From positions 14,516,655 through 14,580,654 of the forward strand of contig NC_134033.1 in NCBI RefSeq assembly GCF_964204645.1: 64,000 nucleotides of DNA, in the 5' to 3' direction. Both the position numbers and the translations under genes were made by a program. The DNA comes from Tubulanus polymorphus (taxonomy: Eukaryota > Animalia > Nemertea). Position 1 is the first letter of the stretch. Each line of letters opens with the position of its first letter. A model generated the notes under the pieces. The model had not been told where the DNA came from. It worked only from the letters and a program-made list of their open reading frames with translations, and did no database searches. Below are positions 1 to 12,738 of the stretch, piece by piece.

Positions 1-1127
1 TTGGAATAATACGATATTATACTATGTATTTATTCAATGAATCAGTTCATGAGTTAAAATACAAAATTAGATATTCATAATCGTTATAAATCGAATCGAT
101 CAATCAATCAACCATTGAATACAAATATCAATCAACTATTAAAAGAATTACAACAAATCATCTCGAATCAAGTAAACATCACTAAATATCTTTATAACGA
201 TAAATACGATTAATTATCCTAAATGATTGCCTTTCATTAAAAACAAAATACTAAAGCAACTTCGAATGTGTACGACCACCATGCAGTAATACACGTGGCT
301 AACTTGGTCCCGCTTTATGAAACTTAAATCGGGATTAATCCTAATTTTGTAGGTAATTCATACATATACATGTATAATCTTTAACCATGTACTCTAAAAC
401 GTTCTAGACTCCATGCCTTAACTAAGGCAGGTTTCGATTGATCTCTATCGATTCAGGAATTCTCTTCTGGCGCGTTCGTTCCGACCAGACAAGATTCTAC
501 CCATTCATGAATAGCTTAATCTGTAAACCTGATCGAAGCGGCCGGTAGAGAGTTCGTAATCCGGGTTTTGCTATTCCTAAAACTGTAATGTAACGTACAA
601 TCGAAACCTGCCTAATTATCTGGACGATAAAACCGGCTCCTAATTCTCTTTTTGGACGGATGAGAATTTGTTCTACGCGCAGTAATTCCGGAATGCAAAT
701 CATGATAGTGAAATAGTTTGAAGACAATCGGGGAAACGGTACAACAAATAACACTATCGTATCCAGAGAGCATCAATCAAAAGGCTCATCTCCGATAAAA
801 TTTAGAAATGATCAAAATTAAAAGTGACGGCCTATCCAAATGACGAATTAAACTTGACAAATTGAATTCGAAATTCGAGGCGAGACTCAAAAATGGCGAC
901 GACTTAAAGTAAGATCAGCAACTCATAACTTAAGAAATTACGATATCTAGCGCTCCTAGCGTATCCTCGACTGCCAGAGTAAGACTTTGTCGCGTTTCCC
1001 CGTCTGTCTTCAAGTGCACATGATGCTTTTAATTATAACAATAACTGATTATGGTTATTAGACACGCGTGTTTTATCAACCCGAGACACCGGCCCTGGTG
1101 AGTGAGTGAGTAGGTCGGTACGTGGCC

Positions 1128-4100
1128 CTATGTCAGTCCGAGTCCCATCTCTTCCAGCAGACTGCGAGGTTCTTCCGATTCCTGAAAAACAATCGATAAA
1201 ACGCGGTTAGTTCAACGTGTTAGACAGTGACGTGTGATTAGAGCCGCAGAGAGAGAACAGTTTACTACGAACAGATTCCACATTCGAGTTACGTTGTTAA
1301 ATGTTAACCTATTGGAACCGAGTCCATTCACCCCAGAGTCGATTGCATCGCGCGCCCTGCCTGGTAATATGTTACAAATTGTCTTACTCCACCGGTGTTT
1401 TCATCACGCTCTAATTCATCGTGATAACAACCCATCCCCGCGGCTCTGACTGCAACGGGCGCACCACGGGAGCGAATTATGGGTATCACATGAGATCCGG
1501 TGCAAGCAGAGTCTACATTACAGTCCGTTATAACGCTGCCATCCTTTTTAATACCACTGCTCGCCTTCATTTTTACAGAGAACAAATTTGCCCGATTTTA
1601 CTCAAATTTAATGACAATATCATTCTTTATAACCCTGCCAAGTTCATTTGAACGCCATGTTTTTCATTGGTCCCAACAGTGACATTTCAAACTGACACTT
1701 TTACTGCAGTTATTTCTCCAAAAAAAATATTATGGACGTCCAAAAAGATCAACTTAATTCAAATATGTACTATATCCCTAATTTAGGGATTTTGGGATAA
1801 AAAGCTGTTTTGAAGGGAAATTGCAATCTGATTTGTCCAGTTCAATCAACACACTTCTATAACCATGTACAATTCGTATACCTCAACCAAAATTTTCCAA
1901 GTCTATAAGCATTGGCGTTACTAAGAGGCTCTATTCCAGACATACCGGTTTGCATGTGGTGGCAGTTAGGACTGAGCGCACTGCTCTGTAAGCCGAGGGT
2001 TAGTAATAGTCCTCGATAAAATCCGATCTGAACTAGAATTAAAACTATTCCTTTGCGAATACGAGATTAGTGTAAGCAGTATTTTATTGGTGAGCTTTAT
2101 ATTAGAATAACATCAAAAATATAATAATAATGATAATTATAATATCTTAACAATATTAATATTTAATTATTACTAATAATATTCATAATCGTAATAATGT
2201 ATTACAAAATATAAGTTTTTGCTTAAAACATATAAATCATGCTTAAAATGTTTTCAGCTGTTAACGATTTTCTGGGATTCGAACCCGATGGCATCGCGAG
2301 ACTCGATTTGCATATCAGAATATGATATCATCATTAGCCAATCAGAAATCGACATTTGAGTAGACCAGGTATGTATTTGCATATCAGACAGATCGTAGTC
2401 GACCTGAGTAGGGCATAAATGAAATTCATGTTTGGAACTGTCTGACTGCGATGAGTTTAAGTCTAAGTCTAATCGAGCGTTCAATGATTTGATAAATAAA
2501 TAAATAAGCCATAAACAACAAGTAAATTAACATATATATGCAAATGTGAAAGGCTATAGTTTTCTGAAAATTATATCACGTTTCAGGAAAAAAATGAGCC
2601 GGTAAAAATATAAATTTCGAAATTCGTTTCTTTGAATTTAGAATTCCTTTCCCCGTATGAAAAAATCACAAAAATCAAATTACATTTTTTCTACGGTTTT
2701 TGCTGAAACAGTCAAATTTTCTGAAAACTCTGGCCGAGTGGAGAAATACATAACGTATAATATGTACAAGGGGGATAGAATATTTGCGGATTTTTCAATA
2801 GACTGGTGGAATAAATCTGTGTGAAGAATTAGAAGCCCTGCGCGCACAAGGAGATGAGATTACAACAGCGTGCACACGGAGAAGAGCTTAGGCCTTTTTT
2901 GAACTACTTGGAGTACGGATTCGCATCCCGGAATTCTGCAAAAATCATCAAATTTGAAAGGATTTAAGCCCTCTATAGTGTTTTGTTACAATTTTTTTTA
3001 AATTTCTTATGTACGTTTTGATTTTCAATCAAGTAACTTACAAATCTCATGTTATAATAATGTCATCTTAATTTCTAATTTCGCGATTTCCAGAATATCA
3101 TTCCTGCAAAATTCTTATTTTGTCCTGTTCCCTTCCATTCTAAAATGCCTATTATGTATAAATTTATTCTCATTTTTATCTTTATTTCCTTCACCCTCCC
3201 ACTTTTTTCTCGGAAAAATCCGTACACCAAGTAATTGTAAAAGGCTTTATTGTGCGCAGTGAGTTCATACAAGGCAATAGCTCGAATACCCGGTACACGA
3301 GTTTCGGGCACACGGGGTAAAAATCTAATCGTGTGCGCAAAAATGTGTATGTCATGAGAACCCGCCTAACGATAAACATCAATATCCTGCCTCGCCGTGT
3401 GCGCAGGTCCTCACTCGCCGTGTGCGCAGGATTTCGGAAAATTAAGTTTGTCCCATCCGGATATTAAACGATACTTTCTGAAGAATTCATCGCTGGTTAA
3501 ATGATCGTAGATGCGGGACAATATTAATATCACACTTACCAAATCCTTAAAATATCGAAATAACAAAACATTAGGCAAAGTAATTTCATTTTTCTCTAAC
3601 ACGAATACCGGCAAAAAATCAGAAAACGCCAGATTCCGTCGAAGCCTTTTTAAAAATAGACCTGTCATTCTACGAGCTCATTAGCACAACCGTTACGATA
3701 AATAAATATTCATATATTAAAACTATGTTAAAACCTGCACAACATGTCGCGCATAACAAACTGCATTGAAAGGCTTTACTCATTAAGCACGGTAACCTAC
3801 GCAAAATATCAAGCATTATTTACTACATCAGGGGAGCGGTCAATTTTTGACTGCCCTCGACGGTTACGTTCGTAACTAATAAATGGTCCCTTTATAAGAA
3901 GTTGACAATATTCTATTCATTTTTACTCGTAACATTTTTTTTCCATACATTTAAAACATGTACAGCCATTTGACCACTAAACACAACATCTTACAATAAG
4001 ATCTTTTAAGTACAGATGACTTCTTTCAAATGATGATGTGCTCGGTGAAATATTTCTTAAAACCATAATCAAGCAAATCAATGCTGGATTTGGATAGACC

Positions 4101-7100
4101 TGATACTACAACGGTGATCTACTGAAGGTGATTCGTAGAGATGCCGTGTTAACCGGGTGATACAACGAGATGAGTAGTACTTTATATGTTGACTATTTCA
4201 TTTGAAGCACGAGCTTTAGCTACTAGTGCATAGTAGCCTCATCTATACTCATTCACCCGATGAAGCTGCTGCTATACATTAGTAGCGAAAGCTCATGCGT
4301 CAAATAAAATAGTTAACCTACCAATGTCTACTGGTCTCGTATTAATTCTGAAGGTTGTAATTCCAGGCTACATGATTTTTTGGTTTTTTGTTATTTTAAA
4401 TGGTAAATGCCTTCAAGGCGTGGTTTTAAGCTGCATATAAATAAATATATCGGCATCATTCAACTTTTGATGCCTTATCGAAATTACATTTCGGTCGTTG
4501 AAATAAAGATTTCAAATATGTTCTAAAAACACCTATCGGAGTTCTTCTCTAAATCCTAAATACAGTCGACTCCTTCTGAATCGGTACCAGCTCGAATTAT
4601 ACTTAGATATCTATTTGGAAAAATTCAGCCCAAACGCTACCGAATAAGGTGGAGTCTACTGTAAATCATCACATAACGTAAGATGGCAGTTTTCTCGAAT
4701 ACTTGAAACGGCACAAAAGAAAATCCTGATAAATAAACAACTATTATTAGGCTAAACAAATGATACCTTGCTTCTCCTTATCGGCCGGGTCAAAAAATCA
4801 TTTTGAAAACTGCAATAAAATTTGCAATCAGTTCATTTCAATAGCTGCCGAGTCTGTTGTGGTTAGCTTGACCACGATTTTTTTTAAAGTAATGTACAGG
4901 GTAGAAGGTGGCCGGCCGAGTTGACTTTCATGCTCGGCAGAACGGAGGAAAAAAAGTATCAATATCTTCAGCCTAACGAGTAATGTTGACATCGAAGACG
5001 ATCGCGAATTTTACACTACGACATTATCAATGAGTTAAAACCGCGAATCCGGATAATTAGCGCGTAAAGTCCGGCAGTAAATGACACCTCGGATTAACAG
5101 AACTATCCCAATCCGTCATCGTCGAAGAGACCTTGCGGCGATTCCTCCTAACGTCAGCATTAAAAGACAATTAAACAATCATCAGGTGGTGAATTGGCTA
5201 GATTAGAATTAATGCATCTTCGCACACGCGTTACAGGGTTTCCAGTGGTAAGGCCAGGGTAAGAAGAAGAACTAAGAAGGACTTTTTCAGCGATTTTAAA
5301 CCCAAAAGGAGGGACTTTGCGACTCGGAAAAATGAGGGCCCATATGGGAGTATTTTCACAATGCCTTTGCCGGAATACTAGTCATATAGACCAGTCATAC
5401 ATTCCAGGGTAATTCCATAACACTTTCCAATATATTCAATCTTTTTAACAATTGAATTACCAGGCCTGAGCAAAAAATACTTCATCCGTCGAATTCGTGA
5501 CCAAAATTGTGCGCGAAAAATGCATAAAAATCAAATTTGGAAAAACTTTTTTATCAAAAGGAAGGACTTAGAGTCAAAAAGGAGGACAAAGATGATGTTT
5601 GTCCAAACTTTTTTCAAAAAAGAAGGACTTGGAAGGACCGCTGGAAACCCTGAAAGCCTGATCAAATCTTAAACTCGCATGCACGAAACTAATTTCATTT
5701 AAACGTGATTTTAATCGATATAGCTGAAACGCACGAAAGCATTTTCACTCTACTACACTAGAAACAAACGTATTTACAAAATTTTAGCGGCAAAATCATT
5801 AACTCATGCAAATGTGAATATGGTCAATGCGAGTCTAGTAGCGCATCTAGCTGTCGTTTCAGGGCGACCGGTACATCATCCCGTATTCAGATGAGGTCAG
5901 TGTGACTTCAATCTGAGGTTAGAAGAGACTTTGAGTGAGACCCCAGGGGCGGATGTAGGGGGTTATTTGGGGGATCTAGACCCCTACCTTCCAATTTTCC
6001 TAGATCCGCCCCTAGACCCGCGACATAAATCTAAACAGAGAAACACCTTCAGGGCCCAGCTTCATAGTCATGGCTTAGACTTAAGACCAATTTAAGACCA
6101 TCTTAGTTCTATAATCAATCTAACAACTTAAGATCAGTCTTAAAATCTAAGACCATTTCTAGACTTAAGTCTCAACCGAGGAACCAGCCCCTGAATTGAT
6201 TATTTGAAAATGCATTTCGGGTAGAGGTATTCCACCTGAAACGTAAGGAAAAACAATAGCAGTTGTTTTAGATTTATGTCGTGGGTTTTCGGCTGATAAC
6301 AATCGAGACTATTTACGGTTATCAGAAGAGACCCGTAAGTAATTTGATCTGTAGTGGATGGATTGCCGCGGTTAGTGATACAAATAAACAAATCAACAAG
6401 AAACAAACAGTGAAATTAAAATAAAACTCTTGCACGTACAACACCTAGCAGATCGGGGGGGGGGGGGGGGAAATGCAACATCTACTAGGCCGCCAGATGG
6501 CACGACTTACGGTCAGCCAAAATAAGTTCATATGCAACGAACTTCATACTGAATTTTTAGACATCTGAATCCGAAAGCGTCGAAAAAGACATTGAATTGA
6601 CTTCTTTCCGCTTGTGTTTTTGGCAAAATTGTAAGCAGTTCTATTCAAATTGAAATCAAAGCCAGGAGGACAAAACAACAAAAGTGTGTGTATTGGTGGA
6701 TCCTCAAGTGGCAGGCATCCCTTTGTGCAAATCAATAAGTGGATATCTTCATCTAGAATATGATGCAATGATATTAGAGAATGGTGCACTAAGTGGAAAA
6801 GTGTTCGAAGACATTTTTTTCTATCGTGTGAAAAATGCGGAATTCTAAACGTATCGTACTGTCTGTGATTGCACGAATTACAGGAATATGACAACATTCA
6901 TTCTTTCCTCACTTGCCAGTGACCACCGCGAACCGCTGTATCACGTTAGTTCGATCAGAGACGCGTGATTTTCGAGCGTAAAGCGATCGATTCGAAAATG
7001 CGGGATGCGATTGATTCGTTGCGATCTATCGGGGATCGGTATTTTTCATTTTCAACACTTTGACTCCGGTACAGTTTATAAACGAAATAACGGAAATTCA

Positions 7101-10100
7101 ACGACGAAGCAGCTTTAACTTTAACTCCGTGGTAAACTCAATTGGCCGCTTGTTGATTTATTACAACTTTAAAACCCTTAATCATTTCAGTGCGGTGTAT
7201 GAATCGGTGATGGATTTTGCAAGTATACCACACTGCGGTGTATTGATGTAGGCCTAATTAGTAATTATCTCTCTTGAAAAATGGCAGCACCTGTCAAACA
7301 ATGTGAAATACTAGTAACTAACGATACACCGCACCGCAGTGTATACGCACTATAGTGGTATTCCCGTTATTCAACACACTAGGGTGGAATTTTTCAAAAT
7401 TTTTTGATTATCTCCAGCACTATGGGGTATTGATTAGTCAGCACTGAAAGGGTTAAAGGTTTTTGGCATATTTTTTCACAGTGTGTTTTGGATATATATC
7501 ATGTACGTCCAAGTGTTCTGGACATAACGGTTTGTCCTTGCTATCATTCTATATGATAATTGAAAATCGTCGAAACGCAATGCATTCAAAACGAACATGG
7601 CAGGGAGCGAACATGTGAATTCTGGATGGTGGATGATGGATTGCGAAACAGTCGGAACCGTTACGGTAACCGCAAATAAACGGAATTGCTCGGAAATCAT
7701 CGGGGAAAGCCAGGCTGCTCGTCTCTCGACCTAGCAGTCAAAGTGTTCGATAATGTTAATCATCAGATATAGCCTACCCCTGGCAAGCAAGGAATGATAA
7801 TCTATATACGTATGATATATAAATATATACGGATATTTAAAGAACGGGCAGCCCACCTAAAGCCGGTATGTGTGTTAGGTCAGTCCATATTCTTGTAGTG
7901 CAGTTTCTAACGCTTCATCCTTTATAGATAGATACACGATGGAAACAAGATTTAACAAAGAGATAGTTAGAATAGAAAGTTGGATGACAAAGCGGTCGGA
8001 ATGAGGGCGCCGAGTGTGGACGACGACGATGTTTGCTTCATAGACAAGTCTACAAGAGAGCTGGGTTTAAAATAAGGGCCGGGAACGATATATCATAGGT
8101 TTACTTCGGGAGGACCTAGTTCTGCAGCGGAGAGTCTAATTTAACACTCATTAATTTTTAAATCTATCCACCTAAATGATACCGTGGCAAGCGATGATGT
8201 TTTACACCACCACTGGCAAGTGAGCATGAGAAACACCTATATGGAAAATAACGAATACTATACGGTACAAACTAACCTGGCCTACTCTATATGGTACTAG
8301 CAATAAACAGGCGAGAGAAAGTTTTTTAAAAGGATGAAAACTTAAGAGAAATCGAGAGAAAAGAAATTCGTCAAGCTACCTCGGAACTAGTTTCATAGAC
8401 AAACAAATCCATTTATTCCCCAACTTAAAACCCTAATTGAGCTGATACTTTCAACGGTATTCGTTCTCAGAGGGAAACTCAGAGGACAGTATGAAACATT
8501 GTCTATTAAACCAGTCCATGATAACCGACCACCGAGAAAAAATTTCAGACGAAGATTAGATTGAATTTCGATTGCGAAATTTAGAAAATCCTAACCGAAG
8601 TTCGATGAAGGGGTTTAAACCGTATACACAGTTGAAATCCTGAACCCAGTTCTACAGTTCCGAGTTCAAATTCGACTCTTAGTGATTAGAAATCGAAAAT
8701 TGAACTAATTTTGACTCGGAGCTCAATTTCACAAAAAAGTCTTGAAGTGATTTTTAATTCCTTCAATAAATTCACTTCATCTGAAACCAATTGCGAAGTT
8801 AATTCGTTTTTACGAAAACCGAACTCAGAGCCGCGCAACCGGGTCCAGAGATAGATCTATCTAATATGAAATATATCGTAATTAGGTCGGGTCAGACTTT
8901 TACCGGTTTAAGAGTTTAGTAAATGACACTGGATTCTCTCATCGGTTGATCGGGTTGTACGTACCTCTTGAAGTTGATCTTGCGCGGCGATCGCTTTCAG
9001 CACGTTCTTTTTACTGCTCTCCTGCACTTCGCCTCCCAACAGATACTCGTCCAACATAAAGTACGCTTTCTCGAAATTGAATATGATGTCTAATTCGCAG
9101 ACCTGTCGATCGAAAATGATGTTCGGACGTATAGTTTCAATGCATTCGCCGGGCATCGGTTATTTTGGTTTACGTAGGGGATATTAATTAAATTTGAAAT
9201 TTCCAACCCCCCCTCCCCCTCTGTACGCAAAATCGGCCATTTTTTCATATACATTAAGCATTACAGTACGCAATTGCCCCCCCTCCCCCTCCCCTAATGC
9301 GTACGTAATAAATGAATGACCCCTAGCGAAGAGACTGTCGAAATTCAATTAAAGAAAATCCACAATTACAAAGGAAAACTAAGAGAGTAGTCAACAACAA
9401 AACCCATCAACAGTTTCGAAGTTTTAACTTAACTTCATCATCAAAGAAGCAAAACATCTATAGTTACATCTATAGGCCTATTTTAAGATTACTGAATACA
9501 TCATTATGATGTTCCTTTCATTTCTCAAACTGTCAGAATGAATTGTTAAATCAAAACAAATGTGGGTTTCGTTCATTAACTCTGAAATGCTGAGATTAAC
9601 ATCAGTCTACCAATCATAAGCGAATATTGGCGTTAAAACTCGTTAAAATTTGGGTTTACATTTGATGAGGCAAAAATCTGGAAATTGTCAGAATGAATTG
9701 TTAAATCAAAACAAATGTGGGTTTTGTTCATTAACTCTGAAAATCTGAGATTAACATCAGTCTACCAATCATAAGTGAATATTGGCGTTAAAACTCGTTA
9801 AAATTTGGGTTTAAATTTGATGAGGCAAAAATCTGGAAATTTGGAAATTGCTCATCGCATTTGAGCTGAAAACACAATTCCTTATGAGTTTCACTTCGAA
9901 ATTGTGGGTTTTCCTTCTGTTTTGCGTTGACTTACGCTTCCGAAATATTTGTCTAACAACTCGACGTATCGATGTATGATCTCGAGGGTAAGCAGTTCGT
10001 TGTCGCTGTTTTCTACGGCGCAGCAAAAATACAAACTCGCGTATCTACAACGGGAAAATAGAAAAACAAAACCATTTCAAACTGTAATCCTTAATGTAAG

Positions 10101-11700
10101 CCGCATCCGGTATTTCACTATTATTGGATCACTGGTCAAAATCTGTTGACTGTAACCTACACTACACCCCCTCGGGCTGTACTCTGAACCCTTCAAACAT
10201 TTCATTTGTCTGCACCAACCTTCCAATTTTCAACCATCCACACTTCACATGTGTTCAGGACTTTACCCGAGACATTTTTAATTCAAAATGAACTACAAAC
10301 ACCAGACATTAGACATTTTATCAGCTCACTTCAAAAGCTGAATCCCTCAGGCTTCAAAGATAGAAGTACAGTCAACCATGCATAAGTCGGATCAGCATAA
10401 GTCGGATAAACAAAAACAAGCCATATAAAAATTTATGATATTGCTGCCTGTCTGGTAAGGCTAAAGAAATTGATACTTTTTTTCTCTAAAATTAAAGGTG
10501 GAAAAATCTGACTTGTCCAAAGTCGGATTTTTCCTAAGTCCAATTTTTTCTACGGGTCCCAAATGTTCCGACTTATGCATGGTTTAATCTAGTCGGTTCC
10601 AGGCCGCATAAACTATTCACCTTTTGTAAACTATTTTCAGATCTTTCCATTCGATGAAACTGCACATTTTCGGTTTCCTGGCGAGCACCAGTGATATTAA
10701 TTCTCTCGTCGTCTTTTTCTTAACCCGGTCGGTGACTGCATTGTACCATTTCTGTAGACGTAGTTTCCCCTGACGGCTGAACAGCAACATGAACTGCATA
10801 CCCTGAAATACACACAATTTGAATAATTTGAAAGATTAAATGAAATTATTGATAACGAACTTAGTGTTCAACGGCGAGATGTCCCGAAATAATTCAGCTA
10901 AAAGGAGAAATTTCATGAATAGAAGAGAATTATTGTGGGATTTCTCGCGTTTTTTCATCATATACGGATTATATTATTGTGTTTCGAGGAAACTCTAGAT
11001 ATTTTCAGCAGTTTACGCGGTATGTTCTTCTTAACCGACGGATAGTTCGTTGTATCCAGGAAAGAAATGTCTTGAACTTTTTAATTTGGTTTAAATTCTG
11101 AGATTGTTATATCCAATCGTCGTATACAAGTTCTTCATTGCAATGTTTAAGTATAGGAATCCGTGTGGAATCACTCCATAAAAATCAAAACTTCATATCA
11201 TTTTTCACTATATCTGGGGCTGCAGTTGCTCAAAAGTTGGTAAGAGTTAACCAGTGGGTAGTGATATTCAAAAGTTCATTGTTACTTTGGCATTTATCCG
11301 TCGGTTAACTGTCTAACCAACTTTTGAGCAACTGCAGCCCCTGATCTTCCTACGGAGGAAGTTGCAGAATTGTTGAAACGGACTTTGTAAATTTGAATGT
11401 CATAGTCAGATCAGCCCGCAACAACATCAAATCCTTCATAGAACCGTGCACAAACACCAGTGTAATGATAATAGGACTCATCCGGCCTCGAAGGACGGAG
11501 CCTAACAAATAACAAGAGGCCACGAGCAAGAGCAAGGATAGTCCCAATACCAATACGATGAATACCATACAATTACAATGAATGTAGGGAGGATGAAACC
11601 CAAACAAAAAATTACATATATTTAAGGATATTTTTGCGGCTTTTTACCAGTTAAAAAACGTATGAATCTTCACTTGACTCAGAAGGAATTTACTCACCAT
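1128..11700 (-). CDS. AP1S: AP-1 adaptor complex sigma-1 subunit (AP1S1/2/3 family), spliced
   Basis: Exons (-): ATG-only 11700-11698 followed by GTGAGT; 10802-10621 ([20 protein letters not shown]...DLKIVYKR); 10044-9936 ([36 protein letters not shown]); 9102-8965 ([46 protein letters not shown]); distal last exon 1181-1128 ([17 protein letters not shown]). All introns are GT-AG with consistent phases. Confidence 0.96.
4125..4345. mobile_element. Penelope-like inverted pseudo-LTR remnant with degenerate hammerhead
   Basis: 4145-4243 is the reverse complement of ~4259-4340. The plus arm reads CAC-CCGATGA-A-GCTGCT..AGTAGC-GAAA-GC-TC (4254-4297). The same family recurs at 36128-36267. Confidence 0.7.
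4561..4663. mobile_element. Tc1/pogo (Tigger-like) MITE
   Basis: TA|CAGTCGACTCC...GGAGTCTACTG|TA terminal inverted repeats with TA flanks. Related CAGT-terminated remnants lie near 10367-10585, 18225-18700 and 54587-54747. Confidence 0.7.
4749..4975. mobile_element. Short DNA-transposon/MITE copy (TAGGCT...AGCCTA); second copy at 17868-18063
   Basis: The two copies share AAATGATACCTTG...CTGCAATAAAATTTG...TCAGTTCATTTC and have short inverted ends. Confidence 0.55.
5103..5147 (-). CDS. AP1S: AP-1 sigma alternative terminal exon B ([14 protein letters not shown])
   Basis: Acceptor TTGTCTTTTAATGCTGACGTTAG|GAG; phase 0; 14 codons plus TAG; resembles the 'ETPQGFFEDHGLG' type of tail recalled from arthropod AP-1 sigma. 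Confidence 0.85.
   Translation of the reverse strand, partial: EESPQGLFDDDGLG
5234..5652. mobile_element. MITE with CAGGG termini (hAT-like)
   Basis: CAGGGTTTCCAGTGGT ... ACCGCTGGAAACCCTG inverted ends (15 of 16 match). Other CAGGGT...CCTG elements lie at ~33732-34013, 38358-38616 and 44792-45156. Confidence 0.65.
6053..6190. mobile_element. Palindromic MITE (GACTTAAG-rich family), PIF/Harbinger-like
   Basis: Flanked by CAG/CTG. Related copies at ~13823-14190 (with internal 45-bp tandem expansion), 23760-23830, 32745-32850, 41080-41700 (interrupted), 51908-52030 and 53395-53540. Confidence 0.6.
7875..7919 (-). CDS. AP1S: AP-1 sigma alternative terminal exon A ([14 protein letters not shown])
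   Basis: Pyrimidine-rich upstream tract ending ...TATAAAG|GAT; phase 0; 14 codons plus TAA; ends in GLT like the distal exon. Confidence 0.8.
   Translation of the reverse strand, partial: DEALETALQEYGLT
9530..9840. repeat. Tandem duplication, ~156 bp x2, in AP1S intron
   Basis: TGTCAGAATGAATTGTTAAATC...GGCAAAAATCTGGAAAT occurs twice head-to-tail. Confidence 0.85.
11217..11340. mobile_element. Palindromic MITE with CTG target duplication (PIF/Harbinger-like)
   Basis: CTG|GGGCTGCAGTTGCTCAAAAGTTGG...CCAACTTTTGAGCAACTGCAGCCC|CTG. Related copies at ~20068-20200 and 51815-51905. Confidence 0.75.
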
Positions 11701-12300
11701 CTTAACGAGTGATTATCTGTGCAAAATCCGAGCTAAATTTAGGGGGTGGGGTGTGGGGGTGCGAGTTTTCGTTAGTTTTGGTGCCTGTTTGTTGGTTTTT
11801 GTTTTACTTCCGGGTTCAATTTTACTTCCGCGTAGGGTATGTCTAATTCACGTACGTGGATTTCGTAAATACTCGCTTCCCAGTGTATACTTATTGAATC
11901 CTCACTTCCCGGCGATTTTTTTTTCACAGGAGAGTTTTCGCTATATTGGAATAAACACAGAAACCCTAGTGTTGGCCTGGTGAAAAATGTAGTTGCCCTA
12001 GTGTTGGCCTGCTGAATAAACGTAGTTACTCTAGTGTTGGCCTGCTGAATAAACGCAGTAACCCTAGTGTTGGCCTGAACATATTATGGGGTTCGAACTA
12101 CTTGGAACCTGTGACGTCACTAGCCATCGACCAGAACAGACTTTCCTTTTGCATTGTGCACGGTTGTTTACATTGGAGACCAGGCAGCGAAAAGTGCCGA
12201 GGTTTTGAAATAATTGATGTTTTATCTGTGATTTCGCGCATGAAGCCCGAAGATTCCCGGTGTAAAATGTAAAAAACACCCAACTCTCTACACAGTACTG
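11701..12300. promoter_or_regulatory. Probable bidirectional promoter of AP1S and the CXorf58-like gene
   Basis: The two start codons diverge ~1 kb apart. The region has several CTTCC(G) ETS-like cores, a perfect CRE palindrome TGACGTCA (12112-12119) and four CTAGTGTTGGCCTG repeats. Confidence 0.55.
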
Positions 12301-12384
12301 GTTACGGGAATAATTGATTTTAGAGGTTTGGGTTTTTAAGGCTATTCAAAATCTACCGATCTAATCTTAATCATTCGATAACAA

Positions 12385-12565
12385 GCCGCAAGCGTAGTGT
12401 GTGCGCAGTTTTAAGAGTTAGCACATTCGTTCGGGTGAGTGGAGGTCCCTAGTTCGAAACCACCTCTGGCGTTGGCTGTCGAGACACATACATCATGGAC
12501 ACACTTAAAGGCCCCTGCCTGGCTGTCTCTTAAAACCCACTGTTAAAATGGTGAAAATGAAAAAC
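12385..12565 (+). mobile_element. tRNA-derived SINE-like element
   Basis: B-box-like AGTTCGAAACC with a degenerate tRNA-like head and no full cloverleaf. Similar heads at ~20731-20830 (GGTTCAAATCC) and 47869-47960. Confidence 0.45.
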
Positions 12566-12738
12566 CTAACCTGCGGTTTCCAAGTGAAAATTTTACAAAA
12601 ATTCCAAGACACGATTTGAAAGGCTTACATGAAAGAAAGGTTGGATTGATATCATAGCTAAAATCGGTCAATCAAGTGGCTCTACTAAAGTTATGAATGA
12701 ATTTGTTTTTCCATTCCAGGCCCGACCCACAGCGCGAG

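Noticed and set aside
2530-3720. Possible large DNA transposon with repeated GTGTGCGCA motifs
   Set aside because: No termini, target duplication or transposase similarity could be defined.
8038-8500. Further tiny AP1S terminal exons or micro-exons (TCL* at 8049-8038; AG/GT pairs near 8277-8300)
   Set aside because: Too short or out of phase to support without transcript data.
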